Below are positions 47,117 through 57,930 of a DNA stretch of 64,000 nucleotides, in pieces. The DNA is taken from NCBI GenBank assembly GCA_963663475.2, contig CAXXJV010000001.1, positions 2,112,001-2,176,000 of the forward strand, given 5' to 3'. Position 1 is the stretch's first letter. Each line of letters begins with the position of its first letter. Position numbers and translations under genes: made by a program. A model generated the notes under the pieces. That model was not told the DNA's origin. It saw only the letters and a program-made list of their open reading frames with translations, and searched no databases. This stretch comes from Candidatus Cloacimonadales bacterium. GTDB lineage: Bacteria > Cloacimonadota > Cloacimonadia > Cloacimonadales > JAFGVF01.

Positions 47117-48242
47117 GAACAAAGTTTTAATAAAAAGATTAGAAGATTATAACTTAGACAAGATTGAAGCATTCTTTAAGAGAAGCTACCTTCATAAGGA
47201 TAAAGTTCTCCCCAAATTACAAGGGAAAAAGATTTTATTGAAGCCTAATCTTTTAGGGGCTTTTACTCCAGATAAAGCTGTTACAACTCATCCTGTAATT
47301 TTAGAAGCTATTATTAGAATTCTCCAGACAATTGACTGTAAAATTCTAATAGGAGATTCTCCTGGTGGTTCTGTTAATTACCAATCAGTTATAAATAAAT
47401 GTGGTATAAAGAATCTTGCTGATAAATACAATGTTGAAATAGTTAATTTGAATCACTATAAAGTAATAAATATAATGCATGGTAATTTCTCTCTAGCTTA
47501 TAGTCAGATTTATGATCAAGTAGATTATATAATAAATCTAGCTAAGTATAAAACACATAGCTTAATGCAATTCACAGGGGCAGTTAAAAACCTCTATGGC
47601 CTAGTTCCAGGATTAAAAAAAGCAGACTATCATAGACAGTACCCTAACTCTCATAATTTTGCTCAGTTATTAGCTTCACTCTATGAAGTTTTTAAAGAGA
47701 AAATTCTTTTCTCTGTAATCGATGGAATTGTAGGTATGGAAGGTAAGGGACCAAGTGGGGGAAAAGCAAGAAATTTTGCTTACCTTTTTGCCTCGGAATG
47801 TGCTTCCTCATTAGATTACGTTGCTGCCTATATGATGGGTTTTAAGCCTTTAAGTATTGATTTAATAAATCTTACCATGCAAGCTGATGGTATTTTACCT
47901 TCTAGAATTGCTAGTAATTTTCTCTGGCAAAAAAATATTATTCCAGATGTTGATACAGGTATTGTTAAGTTAAGGAATAAACTCCTAAATACTATCCCCA
48001 ATAGTGTAAGTAAGATTTTTAAGTCCTTGTTCTGGTATAAACCTTTTATAACTGATAAATGCAAGAAGTGTAATATTTGCTTGGAAAGTTGCCCTGTTGA
48101 TGCTATAAAAGCTGATGACTCAGGTAACTTGAAGATAAATGATAGCATTTGCATTAGATGTTTATGCTGCCATGAGTTTTGTCCTCACCAAGCTATTGAA
48201 ATTCAAAAATCTTCAATTGCTAGTAAGATTATCCCTGGATAA
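47103..48242 (+). CDS. DUF362 protein with a C-terminal 2x[4Fe-4S] ferredoxin domain
   Basis: LLKPN, VTTHP, KYKTH, GMEG.GP and two CxxCxxCxxxCP motifs. Confidence 0.9.
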   Translation: MMKTKNKVLIKRLEDYNLDKIEAFFKRSYLHKDKVLPKLQGKKILLKPNLLGAFTPDKAVTTHPVILEAIIRILQTIDCKILIGDSPGGSVNYQSVINKCGIKNLADKYNVEIVNLNHYKVINIMHGNFSLAYSQIYDQVDYIINLAKYKTHSLMQFTGAVKNLYGLVPGLKKADYHRQYPNSHNFAQLLASLYEVFKEKILFSVIDGIVGMEGKGPSGGKARNFAYLFASECASSLDYVAAYMMGFKPLSIDLINLTMQADGILPSRIASNFLWQKNIIPDVDTGIVKLRNKLLNTIPNSVSKIFKSLFWYKPFITDKCKKCNICLESCPVDAIKADDSGNLKINDSICIRCLCCHEFCPHQAIEIQKSSIASKIIPG

Positions 48243-48387
48243 TTTTATCAATATTTAGAATGAACTTTTACTAATTTAGCTAATCAGATAGAAAGTAATT
48301 TTATAGTGAAGAATATTAAGAAAAAAAGTCTTGACTAATATAATAGAAGTCCATTAAATTGTAAATACCAAACAAAGTGAGAAGAAT

Positions 48388-48717
48388 ATGGATAGATTAA
48401 AAAGGAGAGTACCACTCTCAAAAAAAATTAAGTATATGTTCATAACTGCCGTAGCATGTCTTCTCTTTGTAGTTAGTTTTGTAGGTAGAGGAAGCTTTTT
48501 AGGAGTATATCGGAATAGTTTAAGGGCTAAACAGAAAAGACAACAGTATGAGCAAATTATGACTAAAATTGAAAAAACAGATGCAGAAATTGATCGAATT
48601 CTGAATGATGAAGAATATCTGATAAAGATAGCTCGTGAAGAATACGGAATGCAGAGAAAAGACGAACATGTTATAAAACTCATCAAAACTCAGGAAAATA
48701 ATCAAACAGGAGAATAA
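48388..48717 (+). CDS. Septum formation initiator FtsB/DivIC family
   Basis: TM helix, coiled coil and [11 protein letters not shown]. Confidence 0.8.
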   Translation: MDRLKRRVPLSKKIKYMFITAVACLLFVVSFVGRGSFLGVYRNSLRAKQKRQQYEQIMTKIEKTDAEIDRILNDEEYLIKIAREEYGMQRKDEHVIKLIKTQENNQTGE

Positions 48718-48722
48718 TATTT

Positions 48723-49826
48723 ATGGCACAAGTAATTGTGAATAATGTCAATAAAATATATGATAACGGCTTTCATGCTGTTAAGAAAGCAGAATTTATT
48801 GCTAAAGATAAAGAATTTGTAGTCTTAGTTGGGCCTTCAGGCTGTGGTAAAACAACTACTCTAAGAATGATAGCTGGTTTAGAAGATATAACTGATGGTG
48901 AGATTAAGATTGGAGATAGAGTTGTAAATAATATAGCCCCCAAAGATAGAGATATTGCTATGGTTTTTCAAAACTATGCTCTTTATCCACATATGACTAT
49001 TTATGATAATATGGCTTTTGCTCTGAAACTACGAAAAGAATCAAAAGAAGAAATTGATAAAAAAGTCAAAGATGCTGCTAAGCTCTTAGGTATCGAAAAT
49101 CTTCTTGATAGAAAACCTAAGCAGTTATCTGGTGGTCAAAGACAACGTGTTGCTCTAGGTCGAGCTATTGTAAGAAAGCCTGCTGTATTTTTATTTGATG
49201 AACCACTTTCAAATCTTGATGCTAAGTTGAGAGTTCAGATGAGAGCTGAGATTATTAAACTTCACAAAACTCTTGAAACAACCATGATATATGTTACCCA
49301 TGACCAAGTTGAAGCTATGACTATGGCCGATAAAATTGTAGTTATGAAAGATGGAATTATTCATCAGATTGACAGTCCTCTTAACCTCTATAATAATCCA
49401 ACAAACCTATTTGTGGCTGGTTTTATTGGTTCTCCTGCGATTAATCAGCTTACAGGTAAGATAATTAAAAAAGATAATGGGTTCTACTTCACAGATAATG
49501 ATATTGTTTTAAGAATAGATGATGAGCATAAAGAAGTTTTAAAAGCTTACGAAAACAAAGAAGTTATTATAGGTATCAGACCTGAAGATATTTATGATTC
49601 AGATTATGATGATCTTGCTGAAAATCCAGAGAGAATAGAAGCTTATTGTGATATTGTGGAGCCTATGGGAAATGAATTTGTTGTCTTTTTAAAGACTAAG
49701 AATTCAAAGCTAACCGCTCGTTTTGATCCTAAAAAGATGCCAAAAATTGATGAAAATATTAAAATTACTATCGATATGAAAAAGGTGAAAATATTCGATA
49801 AGGAGAGTGAACTTTCTCTCTTCTAA
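48723..49826 (+). CDS. Carbohydrate ABC transporter ATP-binding subunit (UgpC/MalK/MsmX)
   Basis: [33 protein letters not shown] and a TOBE-like end. Confidence 0.95.
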   Translation: MAQVIVNNVNKIYDNGFHAVKKAEFIAKDKEFVVLVGPSGCGKTTTLRMIAGLEDITDGEIKIGDRVVNNIAPKDRDIAMVFQNYALYPHMTIYDNMAFALKLRKESKEEIDKKVKDAAKLLGIENLLDRKPKQLSGGQRQRVALGRAIVRKPAVFLFDEPLSNLDAKLRVQMRAEIIKLHKTLETTMIYVTHDQVEAMTMADKIVVMKDGIIHQIDSPLNLYNNPTNLFVAGFIGSPAINQLTGKIIKKDNGFYFTDNDIVLRIDDEHKEVLKAYENKEVIIGIRPEDIYDSDYDDLAENPERIEAYCDIVEPMGNEFVVFLKTKNSKLTARFDPKKMPKIDENIKITIDMKKVKIFDKESELSLF

Positions 49827-49842
49827 GTTAAAATAATTTATC

Positions 49843-49874
49843 GAGACCCTATTCATAAGGGTCTCATTTTTTTT
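49843..49874 (+). terminator. Rho-independent terminator
   Basis: GAGACCCT/AGGGTCTC stem followed by T run. Confidence 0.8.
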
Positions 49875-49882
49875 GAGGTTAT

Positions 49883-50659
49883 ATGAAAAGGTTTGGTCTT
49901 GTAATTTTACTATTTTGTTTAATAAGCTTATTAAATGGGCATATTTATTTAAACAATTGTGCTGATAGAATTGGAGTAGCTAATATTTCTTTACTTTCGC
50001 AGTCTCCGATTACTTCTTACTATAATCCTGCAATTTCTCATGAAGGAATCTCATCATCAATATCTCAGCCCTATGGTTTTAATGATGTTGATAAGGGTAA
50101 TTTATCAATTTCTAAAGACTTTCAGAAGTATAACATTACAATTACTAGCAACTATCTGATTAGTCCCCACTACACTTATTTTTCCAATAATCTTGCTATG
50201 AATTATAAGTTTGATAAGTATGCTATTCTTGGCATTGGTTATAAAATTGTTAGTATTAGAGAAGAAGAAAATTACAACTTACCTGAGACTAATATTGGTT
50301 TGCTACTTCACAAAGATAATGTAAGATTAGCAGTGAGTTATTCTAATTTATTAAATAAGAAAAGTAGCCATACTGAATTACCTAATATCTTAACTTCAGA
50401 GATTTCTTTCAAACTTAACCAGTTTATAGGTCTTGCTTTAGGACTTGAAAAAGAAAAGAACTACAAGCAAACAACAAAAATTGCTATAAGATATAAAGCT
50501 CTGAAATCACTTGAACTGCTGTCAGGATACTCACTTGATCCAAATCAACTGTTTGCAGGTATGCAAGTTGATTACAAAAAGATTAAGACTGTTTATGCTC
50601 TTGAATCTCATTTAGAATTAGGATTAACTCATACAATATCCTTAATTTATGCATTTTAG
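49883..50659 (+). CDS. Exported hypothetical beta-barrel-like protein
   Basis: Signal peptide, YYNPA and C-terminal H.ELGLTH.IS..Y.F. Confidence 0.5.
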   Translation: MKRFGLVILLFCLISLLNGHIYLNNCADRIGVANISLLSQSPITSYYNPAISHEGISSSISQPYGFNDVDKGNLSISKDFQKYNITITSNYLISPHYTYFSNNLAMNYKFDKYAILGIGYKIVSIREEENYNLPETNIGLLLHKDNVRLAVSYSNLLNKKSSHTELPNILTSEISFKLNQFIGLALGLEKEKNYKQTTKIAIRYKALKSLELLSGYSLDPNQLFAGMQVDYKKIKTVYALESHLELGLTHTISLIYAF

Positions 50660-52085
50660 AATAATTTTCTTTATAATAATATTTATCATTCATGTTAGTG
50701 TTTATGCTGATACGAGTATTTATGATTATGAAGAAAAAGATGAATTAATCGATAGAATTAATAATGGTATTGAACAGACTCTATATGAAGTATGGTCAAA
50801 TAAAAGACTTTTTTTAACATATAGAACAGATTTATGTGCTTCTTATGAGAATCAATATCTTGCAAGCTATCAAACAAGTAATGTTGATTTTAAGTTTCGT
50901 CAGCAAGGTAATGATCATTCGCGATTATATATGTCTCTAGCTCAAGATAATTATAATTTTGGATTTGGAAGCTATGAAACAAGCTTTGGTTTAGGTAATA
51001 TTTATCACAAGAATAGTAAAGAGCATTTTAATGATAAAGTTTTTTCATCATCTAGTCTTGATCAAAATGGCTTATTCTTAGCTTATAATACCATTAATTA
51101 TGGCCTAGATTTATTTTATTCAGTAAATAATATAAATACAATAGTGAAGGATGATTTGACCAGAAAGATTGTTTATTATGATAGCAATAAAAGTCAAATT
51201 AAACAATATGGTATCAAAACGAGTTATAGTTTTTCTTGTTTGGCTGTAGATTTATTATATACTAATTTTCGCACTGACAGCTATATAGAGGATTTTGCAA
51301 ATAAGAAATCTAGCTCCTTATTCTCATATTATTTAGATTATCACAAATCTTTTATTAAACTTGCCTATGAAGGTAATTATCAATTTGATAATTTTGCTTA
51401 CGCATTTTTGTCCAGCTTTTCCCGAGATGATTTTGAAATTACGTGGAAATATAAAAAACTTCCAGAAAAATCATTAGCATGGTATAGTTCAGGAATTAGT
51501 AATAAATACAATTCTAATACTGAGATTATTGCTGGATTCATAGAATTCCCATTATTTATGATGAAATTTAAGCTAGCCTATGAAGTAAAATCAAATAATC
51601 GTATCTCTGAATGGTCTAGTAAGGAATATCTACAAATGTCTAATTTAAATAAATTCAAATATAGGTTAACAAAGGAAGTATATAAAGATTATCAAGCTGA
51701 AAAACATGAGAAGTACAGTCATTTGATTAATGCAGAAATTATGAAATTCTCTAATTCTAATATAAGTATTAACTATCTCCTCAATACTAAAAAAGAGTCT
51801 GGTCTTGCCCATAGATATAAGCTTAACTACAATCTAAAAACTAGAATAGGCTTATTTAAATCAAGTTTAACTATTCTTGATAACTACAAAAATGAAGAAA
51901 TTGTCCAAGATTTAGATCAGAGAATTATAGCCACTTTTTACAAGTATTCAGAAGATTTGATAATTGCATTTAAGTTTAAGACAAAAGACTTTCACAATAT
52001 TTCATTGCAATGTAATCTATTGCATTCTTTATATAACAATAGACTTAATTCCTTTAGAATAGACTTAAATTTTCTTCTAAAATAA
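50649..52085 (+). CDS. Exported hypothetical protein (beta-rich)
   Basis: Signal peptide; Tyr/Phe-rich beta pattern; overlaps the upstream gene. Confidence 0.5.
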   Translation: MHFRIIFFIIIFIIHVSVYADTSIYDYEEKDELIDRINNGIEQTLYEVWSNKRLFLTYRTDLCASYENQYLASYQTSNVDFKFRQQGNDHSRLYMSLAQDNYNFGFGSYETSFGLGNIYHKNSKEHFNDKVFSSSSLDQNGLFLAYNTINYGLDLFYSVNNINTIVKDDLTRKIVYYDSNKSQIKQYGIKTSYSFSCLAVDLLYTNFRTDSYIEDFANKKSSSLFSYYLDYHKSFIKLAYEGNYQFDNFAYAFLSSFSRDDFEITWKYKKLPEKSLAWYSSGISNKYNSNTEIIAGFIEFPLFMMKFKLAYEVKSNNRISEWSSKEYLQMSNLNKFKYRLTKEVYKDYQAEKHEKYSHLINAEIMKFSNSNISINYLLNTKKESGLAHRYKLNYNLKTRIGLFKSSLTILDNYKNEEIVQDLDQRIIATFYKYSEDLIIAFKFKTKDFHNISLQCNLLHSLYNNRLNSFRIDLNFLLK

Positions 52086-52734
52086 CTTCTTCAATCAAAC
52101 TGGGATAGTTGTTAGAAGTTTTATTAACTGCTTTAGAAACAGGATACATGACCAAGTTGTCGTTAGACATATTGTCGCATTTTATCAACACTTCTTTATA
52201 ATCAGGGCTTGTAAGGTAATTTGTTAACTCATTATCTTCTAGAATAATAGGCATTCTATGATGTAATTCAGATATTTGGGAGTTAGCATCTTTTGTTAAT
52301 ATTGAGAATGTTGCCTTAAGTGAACCATTCGCATAATTAGTTATATCATATATTCCTGCTAGAAAAACTAGGTCACCTTTATTTGATTTGATAAAATAAG
52401 GTTGTTTAGTCTTTTTATGCCATTCATAGAAACCTGTTACAGGTATAAGACACCTTTTATGCTGAAACAAACCCCTCCAGTATGCTTTTTCTTTAATTGA
52501 TTCAATTCTCGTATTTATTATCTTATATTTGGAAGAATCTTTTGCCCAAGCTGCTAGCAAAGTCCATTGCATGAAATCTTGAATAATTGCACCATCATGT
52601 TTAAATACAACTCCAGCATATTGACTAGGGCTAACATTGAAGTTTATTGGAATAGTCATTTCTGGATTAGCTATTTCATCAATATACTTCTTAAGATATT
52701 TATGTTTAATAACTTGAGCAAATCTTCCACACAT
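52054..52734 (-). CDS. SOS response-associated peptidase (SRAP/YedK/HMCES)
   Basis: MCGRF N-terminus, RCLIP..GFYEW, HHRMPIIL and YPVS..VN. Confidence 0.93.
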   Translation of the reverse strand: MCGRFAQVIKHKYLKKYIDEIANPEMTIPINFNVSPSQYAGVVFKHDGAIIQDFMQWTLLAAWAKDSSKYKIINTRIESIKEKAYWRGLFQHKRCLIPVTGFYEWHKKTKQPYFIKSNKGDLVFLAGIYDITNYANGSLKATFSILTKDANSQISELHHRMPIILEDNELTNYLTSPDYKEVLIKCDNMSNDNLVMYPVSKAVNKTSNNYPSLIEEVILEENLSLF

Positions 52735-52735
52735 T

Positions 52736-53986
52736 TTATTCGGCCCAACTATTGGCTAAGTTAACTATAACTTCAACAGCCTTAACCATAGAGGAAACAG
52801 GAATCCATTCTTTTAAGGAGTGATAGAGAAAACCACCAGTAAAAATATTAGGTGTAGGAATACCTAAATAACATAATTTTGCTCCATCTGTTCCACCTCT
52901 AATAGGCCTTCTTAAAGGGTTTATTCCTAAGTCTAACATTACTTTCTCTGCTTTTCCTATAACTTGTGGGTACTTATCTAGAACAGTCTTCATGTTTTGA
53001 TAAGTGTGAGAATGGTCTATTTCAATAGCAAGTCCATCATACTTAACTCTTAAAAATTCAGCGAGTGTCTCAATTAATTCAACTCTTTTCTCATTATTAC
53101 TTTCCAGAAAATCTCTTAAAAGTAGGTCAACTCTTGCTATAGTTTCATCACCTTTTATACTTCTTACATGATAAAAGCCTTCTCTATTTTCTGTATTTTC
53201 AGGACTCTCACAGCTAGGGAGGAGACTAATGAATTCAGCCGCAATTTTACAAGCATTAATCATGATATTTTTAGCCTTGCCTGGATGAACATTATGACCT
53301 TTGAATTGGATTTTAACACTATGGGCATCAAAGCATTCATCCTCTAATTCACCAATTTCTCCACCATCAATAGTATAGGCTATCCGACCTAATTTTAAAC
53401 GGTTTATATTGGCAGTGCCAGCACCAACTTCTTCATCAGGGGTAAAACAGACTCTAATTTCAGGATGCAAAATATCTGGGTTTGATTGTAAGACTCTGAG
53501 GGAAGTCATAATTTCGGCTATACCAGCTTTATCATCAGCTCCCAGTAGGGTATCTCCAGAAGAAGTAATGATATGGTCTCCTATATAATCAAGTAATTTT
53601 GGGCAGTCTGTTGGACTTAGTATAAGATCATCATTATAGGGATAAGCTAAATCTTCTCCTTGATAAGATTTTCTCATTAAGGGCTTAACATTATGTCCTG
53701 ATACAGCAGGACTGGTATCAAGATGTGATAAGAAGGTTATTGGCTCACTTTTAACTCTATCTGATGCAGGAAGAACTGCATAGACAAAGCAATTCTCATC
53801 TACATGAGCATTTAAAAGGCCTAAATCTTCTAGCTCAGTAACAAGAATATTTGCTAAATCCCACTGGCATGTGGTTGTCGGATTAGGACTCCCTTCTTCA
53901 TCTGAAGTAGTATCGATCTGAACATACTTTAAAAATCTACTGACAACATCATCCTGGATATAGTTATATTTGGATAAGTCTATCAT
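52736..53986 (-). CDS. pepT: Peptidase T
   Basis: HLDTS, LLGADDKAG, FTPDEEVG, HPG.AK and IRGGTDG. Confidence 0.96.
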   Translation of the reverse strand: MIDLSKYNYIQDDVVSRFLKYVQIDTTSDEEGSPNPTTTCQWDLANILVTELEDLGLLNAHVDENCFVYAVLPASDRVKSEPITFLSHLDTSPAVSGHNVKPLMRKSYQGEDLAYPYNDDLILSPTDCPKLLDYIGDHIITSSGDTLLGADDKAGIAEIMTSLRVLQSNPDILHPEIRVCFTPDEEVGAGTANINRLKLGRIAYTIDGGEIGELEDECFDAHSVKIQFKGHNVHPGKAKNIMINACKIAAEFISLLPSCESPENTENREGFYHVRSIKGDETIARVDLLLRDFLESNNEKRVELIETLAEFLRVKYDGLAIEIDHSHTYQNMKTVLDKYPQVIGKAEKVMLDLGINPLRRPIRGGTDGAKLCYLGIPTPNIFTGGFLYHSLKEWIPVSSMVKAVEVIVNLANSWAE

Positions 53987-54009
53987 TCTCTCTCCTTTAT
54001 TTAATTAAC

Positions 54010-54032
54010 AAAAAAGCGGTCCTAAGACCGCT
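54010..54032 (-). terminator. Rho-independent terminator
   Basis: AGCGGTC/GACCGCT stem with a U run on the minus strand. Confidence 0.75.
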
Positions 54033-54053
54033 AACATTATTTAAAGAAGTAAA

Positions 54054-54626
54054 TTAGTTACCTAATTCTTTCTCTAATTCTTCAAATCTCTGTGAAGCTT
54101 TAAATTCATTATATAAAGCTTCTTCATTTTTTATTGCTGAAAGTGTTTGCTTGTTGATTTCACTTTGAGGAATTCTAACTCTTACAAAAACTTTAATTTT
54201 GTTGTCTTTTTGCTTGATAGTTTCACTTTTATCAATGCTTGTGCCTTTAAATTTAGCATTAGAAACAACTTTAACAACTGAAGAAGTTAAGGCAAGTAAT
54301 TGAGGATCATTAACTCCTGACTCTTCTTCAAAATTCTTTATCATACCTTTAACATTAGCTTCAACATAATTAGCTGCTTGTAGCATCGCATTAGCATAGG
54401 CAGCATCTTTTGCTAGAGAACTAGTCATCTTAACGCCTTCACCATAAGTATAAACAAATTCAGGGTTATCTTGTGAATCCCACCATTCTGGATAATACAT
54501 GATTACGTGTTCAGGGTTTTCTTTCTTAGGACCCTTGTTAGATGAACATGCAACTGACAATATTGCTATTGTTATTAGCATTAATACTACAATACATTTT
54601 GTTAACTTCATATTTCCTCCATTCAT
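54054..54626 (-). CDS. LPP20-like lipoprotein
   Basis: Lipobox SVAC, PEWW and A...A...A....A helix. Confidence 0.65.
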   Translation of the reverse strand: MNGGNMKLTKCIVVLMLITIAILSVACSSNKGPKKENPEHVIMYYPEWWDSQDNPEFVYTYGEGVKMTSSLAKDAAYANAMLQAANYVEANVKGMIKNFEEESGVNDPQLLALTSSVVKVVSNAKFKGTSIDKSETIKQKDNKIKVFVRVRIPQSEINKQTLSAIKNEEALYNEFKASQRFEELEKELGN

Positions 54627-55070
54627 ATTTTAAATATTTACATTACTAAAATAAGTTAGCATAATCAAGGTGTCAAGATAAAAAGAAGATTAATAGAAAA
54701 AACATAGATTATTTGTCATTAAAAGTAATTCGACTTGCTTAAATGCACTTAGCTGAGTTTTGTATAAAAAATAAGTATAGAAGAATAGTATCTTGCAGAC
54801 GTTAAATAAGTTATGTCATTTGATGGACTGTAAGACGATGTATTTCTTGCTTACATAACTCAAATATTTATTTAAAAGGAAATTTTTAAGTTTATCTCTT
54901 TTCTAGATTATTCAATGCTTAAATGTAAGATTAAGTAATGTCCTAAAAGTATTCATATCTTGACTATTGGGACTTCATTAGCTCTAATAGTGATGGATAT
55001 CTAATAAAGGCCTAATAGACGCCCAATAAAGGGGGGATAGACTTTAAACCCAATAATGTAGTTGATCTTA

Positions 55071-55128
55071 TGGAGTGGAAGCATCCTTGCTTCCACATTT
55101 TTCTTATGGCAAGGATGCCATAAGTCCA
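55071..55128. repeat. Inverted REP-like doublet
   Basis: Hairpins GTGGAAGCA-TCCT-TGCTTCCAC and CTTATGGCA-AGGA-TGCCATAAG with complementary loops and TGGA/TCCA feet. Confidence 0.7.
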
Positions 55129-55236
55129 TAGTTTTTATTGAACCCAAAAAAATGTAATAGATCTTTGAAAATAGTAATATCTTCTTTTGCAAAAGGAACT
55201 TACATAATTCTTCCAAATATATATATAATATACGTC

Positions 55237-55307
55237 AAATTCTGCAAGCTATTTTGCTAAAGAATTTGCAATCTTCTCTATAGCTCTACTAGACTATCTG
55301 GGTTAAA
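55237..55307 (+). repeat. Dispersed intergenic repeat, copy E
   Basis: AAATTCTGCAAGCTATTTTGCTAAAGAATTTGCAATCTTCTCTATAGCTCTACTAGACTATCTGGGTT. Confidence 0.7.
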
Positions 55308-55443
55308 CATAATTCTCTTATTACCTAGGCTATGCTTGATTAGGGCAAATGATGGCAATCTAGTGTTTTTAGTATATTATTCTTGACTTAAAATAGCTGA
55401 ATCGAAATATTAGTAAATAATACAATAATAAGAAGGGAATATC

Positions 55444-55791
55444 ATGAAATTGAAAGATATCTTAGAGTTATTAGAAGGTGAATTGTTAACACCAGATGCT
55501 GATATAGAGGTTGATATACCTTGTGCTTTTGGGTCTGATTTAATTTCAGACATCTTGATGTGTACCAAAGAATCAACACTGTTATTAACAGGATTAACTA
55601 ACCCGCAAGTTATTAGATTATCCGATATGATTGATTTGTTAGGCGTCGTTTTTGTTAGAGGTAAGAGACCACCTCAAGATCTTATTGATATGGCTATCGA
55701 AAGAGAACTACCATTGATAACAACTAAAATGACCATGTACAAATCTGCTGGACTTCTCTATAATAAAGATTTAAGAAGTTGTCAGATTTAA
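55444..55791 (+). CDS. DRTGG domain protein
   Basis: FGSDLISDIL, LLLTGL.N.QV and FVRGK.P. Confidence 0.85.
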   Translation: MKLKDILELLEGELLTPDADIEVDIPCAFGSDLISDILMCTKESTLLLTGLTNPQVIRLSDMIDLLGVVFVRGKRPPQDLIDMAIERELPLITTKMTMYKSAGLLYNKDLRSCQI

Positions 55792-55792
55792 T

Positions 55793-56284
55793 ATGGCAGA
55801 ATATTGGAACATTAATGAAAACTTTAAAGAGAGAGCTGAAGCTTTTTTAAAAGACAAACCACAACCAGCTATCTCTTTAGAGTATAAGGTAACTAAGCAC
55901 GACTTTAATAATGCGGGGAATGGTTCGGCAGAACTGAAAAGAATGCTAAAAAAATTAGGTGTGGATCCTGTAGTTTTAAGAAAAGTTGCAGTTGCATCTT
56001 ACGAAGCAGAGATAAATTTAGCTGCTCATTCAGATGGCGGAGTAATGAAAAGTCATGTGCATGGGGATTTAGTACATATAGTATTTGAAGACGTTGGACC
56101 AGGAATTGAAGATATTAACAAAGCTCTAGAAGAAGGATTCTCTACCGCTGTTGAGTATGTAAGAGAAATGGGTTTTGGGGCAGGATTAGGCTTGCCTAAT
56201 ATAAAAAAGAATTCAGATGTAATGCATTTAGATTCAGTAAGAGGAAGAAATACTATATTAGAGATTATAACATATTTTAAATAA
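55793..56284 (+). CDS. Anti-sigma-factor-type Ser/Thr kinase (HATPase_c, RsbT/RsbW-like)
   Basis: YEAEIN, D.GPGI, GFST and GFGAGLGLPN. Confidence 0.87.
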   Translation: MAEYWNINENFKERAEAFLKDKPQPAISLEYKVTKHDFNNAGNGSAELKRMLKKLGVDPVVLRKVAVASYEAEINLAAHSDGGVMKSHVHGDLVHIVFEDVGPGIEDINKALEEGFSTAVEYVREMGFGAGLGLPNIKKNSDVMHLDSVRGRNTILEIITYFK

Positions 56285-56285
56285 A

Positions 56286-57584
56286 TTGCAGGAATATATG
56301 TATCAGGAAAACGAATATTTTCATGCTTTGAGAATAAATCAGGATAATTGTACGGGTTGTACAGCTTGCGTAAAAGTCTGTCCTACCGAAGCAATTAGAA
56401 TTAGGAATAAAACAGTAATTTTAGACGAAAGAAGATGTATCGACTGTGGTAATTGCATTGAAGCATGTTCATTTAAAGCTATTGTTCCTTATTCAGATGA
56501 TTTTGATATAATAGACAAATATAAATATAGAATAGCTGTATTTTCAACAGTTTATGCAGGGCAATTTACTGAAGAAAATGACTATGCAACTATCAAAAAA
56601 ACGGTTTTAAAGCTAGGTTTTGATGAAGTCGCAGAAGAATCAAGTGTTGTTGATTTTATGACTGAGATGATTCAGAAGTATATTCGTGATAATGAAGATA
56701 TCAGACCAGTTTTATCCAGTGGCTGCCCAGCAATTGTAAGATTGATTCAAGTTAGATTCCCATCCTTACTACCTAATCTTTTCCATATTGAAGCCCCTAT
56801 GAGTATTCTTTCTTATTACTTAAGAGAGCAAGCTAAAGAAAAATTTCAGTATACAGATGATGAAATTGGCGTATTTTTGATAGTTCCCTGTGTTTCGCAA
56901 GTAACTGCTGTTCACCAGCCTGAGGGAACTTACAAATCTTATCAAGATGGAGCTTTTTCGATTAGACAGATTTATAGTAAAGCTCAAGAGGTAGTTAAAG
57001 AAGCTTGGTATGATGAAGAGCCAATCGATACTTATGAAAGTGGATTAACATATGGAATTGCTGCTAAAGAAGCTGATAAAATAGATTCTGATGATATCAG
57101 AGTTTTATCCGTTACTGGAATTGATAACTGTATTGAAATTCTCTCCCGTATAGAAGACCATCATTTTGACCAGTATCAATACGTCGTCCTACGTTCTTGT
57201 GATGTAGGTTGTGTCGGTGGGGGATTGAATGTTGAAAATAAATTCATTGCTATGAGTAGGTTGAAGAAACTTGCTCAAAAAGAAAATGATGATAAGCTTG
57301 ATTATAAAGAATTTTGGACCTTGAATAAAAAAGGTAAATTTGCTGTGCCAAAGCTTAAACCTCGTTCTATTATGGAGCTAGATGATAACTTATTTGCAGC
57401 ATTAGAAAAGATTCAAAAAATCCAAGAGATAACAAAGCAACTTCCTGGCATAAATTGTAGTGCCTGTGGTTGTCCTACTTGTTATGCACTTGCAGAAGAT
57501 ATTGTTCAAGGTAAAGCAACAATTAAAGATTGTGTAATACTCTATAAGAGAAATCTCGATAAAACAGAAAAGAAAGGAAAATAA
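56286..57584 (+). CDS. [FeFe]-hydrogenase-like Fe-S protein (2x[4Fe-4S], Fe_hyd_lg_C, C-terminal FeS)
   Basis: Two CxxCxxCxxxC motifs; SSGCP, VPC and SCDVGCVGG; LPGINCSACGCPTC. Confidence 0.85.
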   Translation: MQEYMYQENEYFHALRINQDNCTGCTACVKVCPTEAIRIRNKTVILDERRCIDCGNCIEACSFKAIVPYSDDFDIIDKYKYRIAVFSTVYAGQFTEENDYATIKKTVLKLGFDEVAEESSVVDFMTEMIQKYIRDNEDIRPVLSSGCPAIVRLIQVRFPSLLPNLFHIEAPMSILSYYLREQAKEKFQYTDDEIGVFLIVPCVSQVTAVHQPEGTYKSYQDGAFSIRQIYSKAQEVVKEAWYDEEPIDTYESGLTYGIAAKEADKIDSDDIRVLSVTGIDNCIEILSRIEDHHFDQYQYVVLRSCDVGCVGGGLNVENKFIAMSRLKKLAQKENDDKLDYKEFWTLNKKGKFAVPKLKPRSIMELDDNLFAALEKIQKIQEITKQLPGINCSACGCPTCYALAEDIVQGKATIKDCVILYKRNLDKTEKKGK

Positions 57585-57585
57585 A

Positions 57586-57930
57586 ATGATAAAATTACAA
57601 GAATATCTAGAGAAAATTGACCATCAAGTATTAAACCCAGAATTACCATTAGATAAAGTTGAACTATCTACTGGTTATGTTTCAGATTTGTTATCAGATG
57701 TTATGGGATCAGCAAAAGATAATATGGCTTGGTTCACGATAATGCGTCATATGAACGTAATTGCTGTAGCTTCCATGGCCGATATACCATGTATTATCTT
57801 TGGAAAGAATACGCCACCCGAACAAGCTGTTATTGATAAAGCAACAGAAGAAGGCATAGTACTGATTAAAACATCTTTACCTGTTTTTGATGCTGCTGGA
57901 GTACTTTATAAGCTTTTACACCAGGATTAA
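57586..57930 (+). CDS. DRTGG domain protein
   Basis: GYVSDLLSDVMG, W.T...H.N.IAVA. Confidence 0.82.
   Translation: MIKLQEYLEKIDHQVLNPELPLDKVELSTGYVSDLLSDVMGSAKDNMAWFTIMRHMNVIAVASMADIPCIIFGKNTPPEQAVIDKATEEGIVLIKTSLPVFDAAGVLYKLLHQD

Noticed and set aside
55001-55216. 71-aa minus-strand ORF
   Set aside because: It overlaps the REP-like doublet, has a TTG start and shows no recognisable protein features
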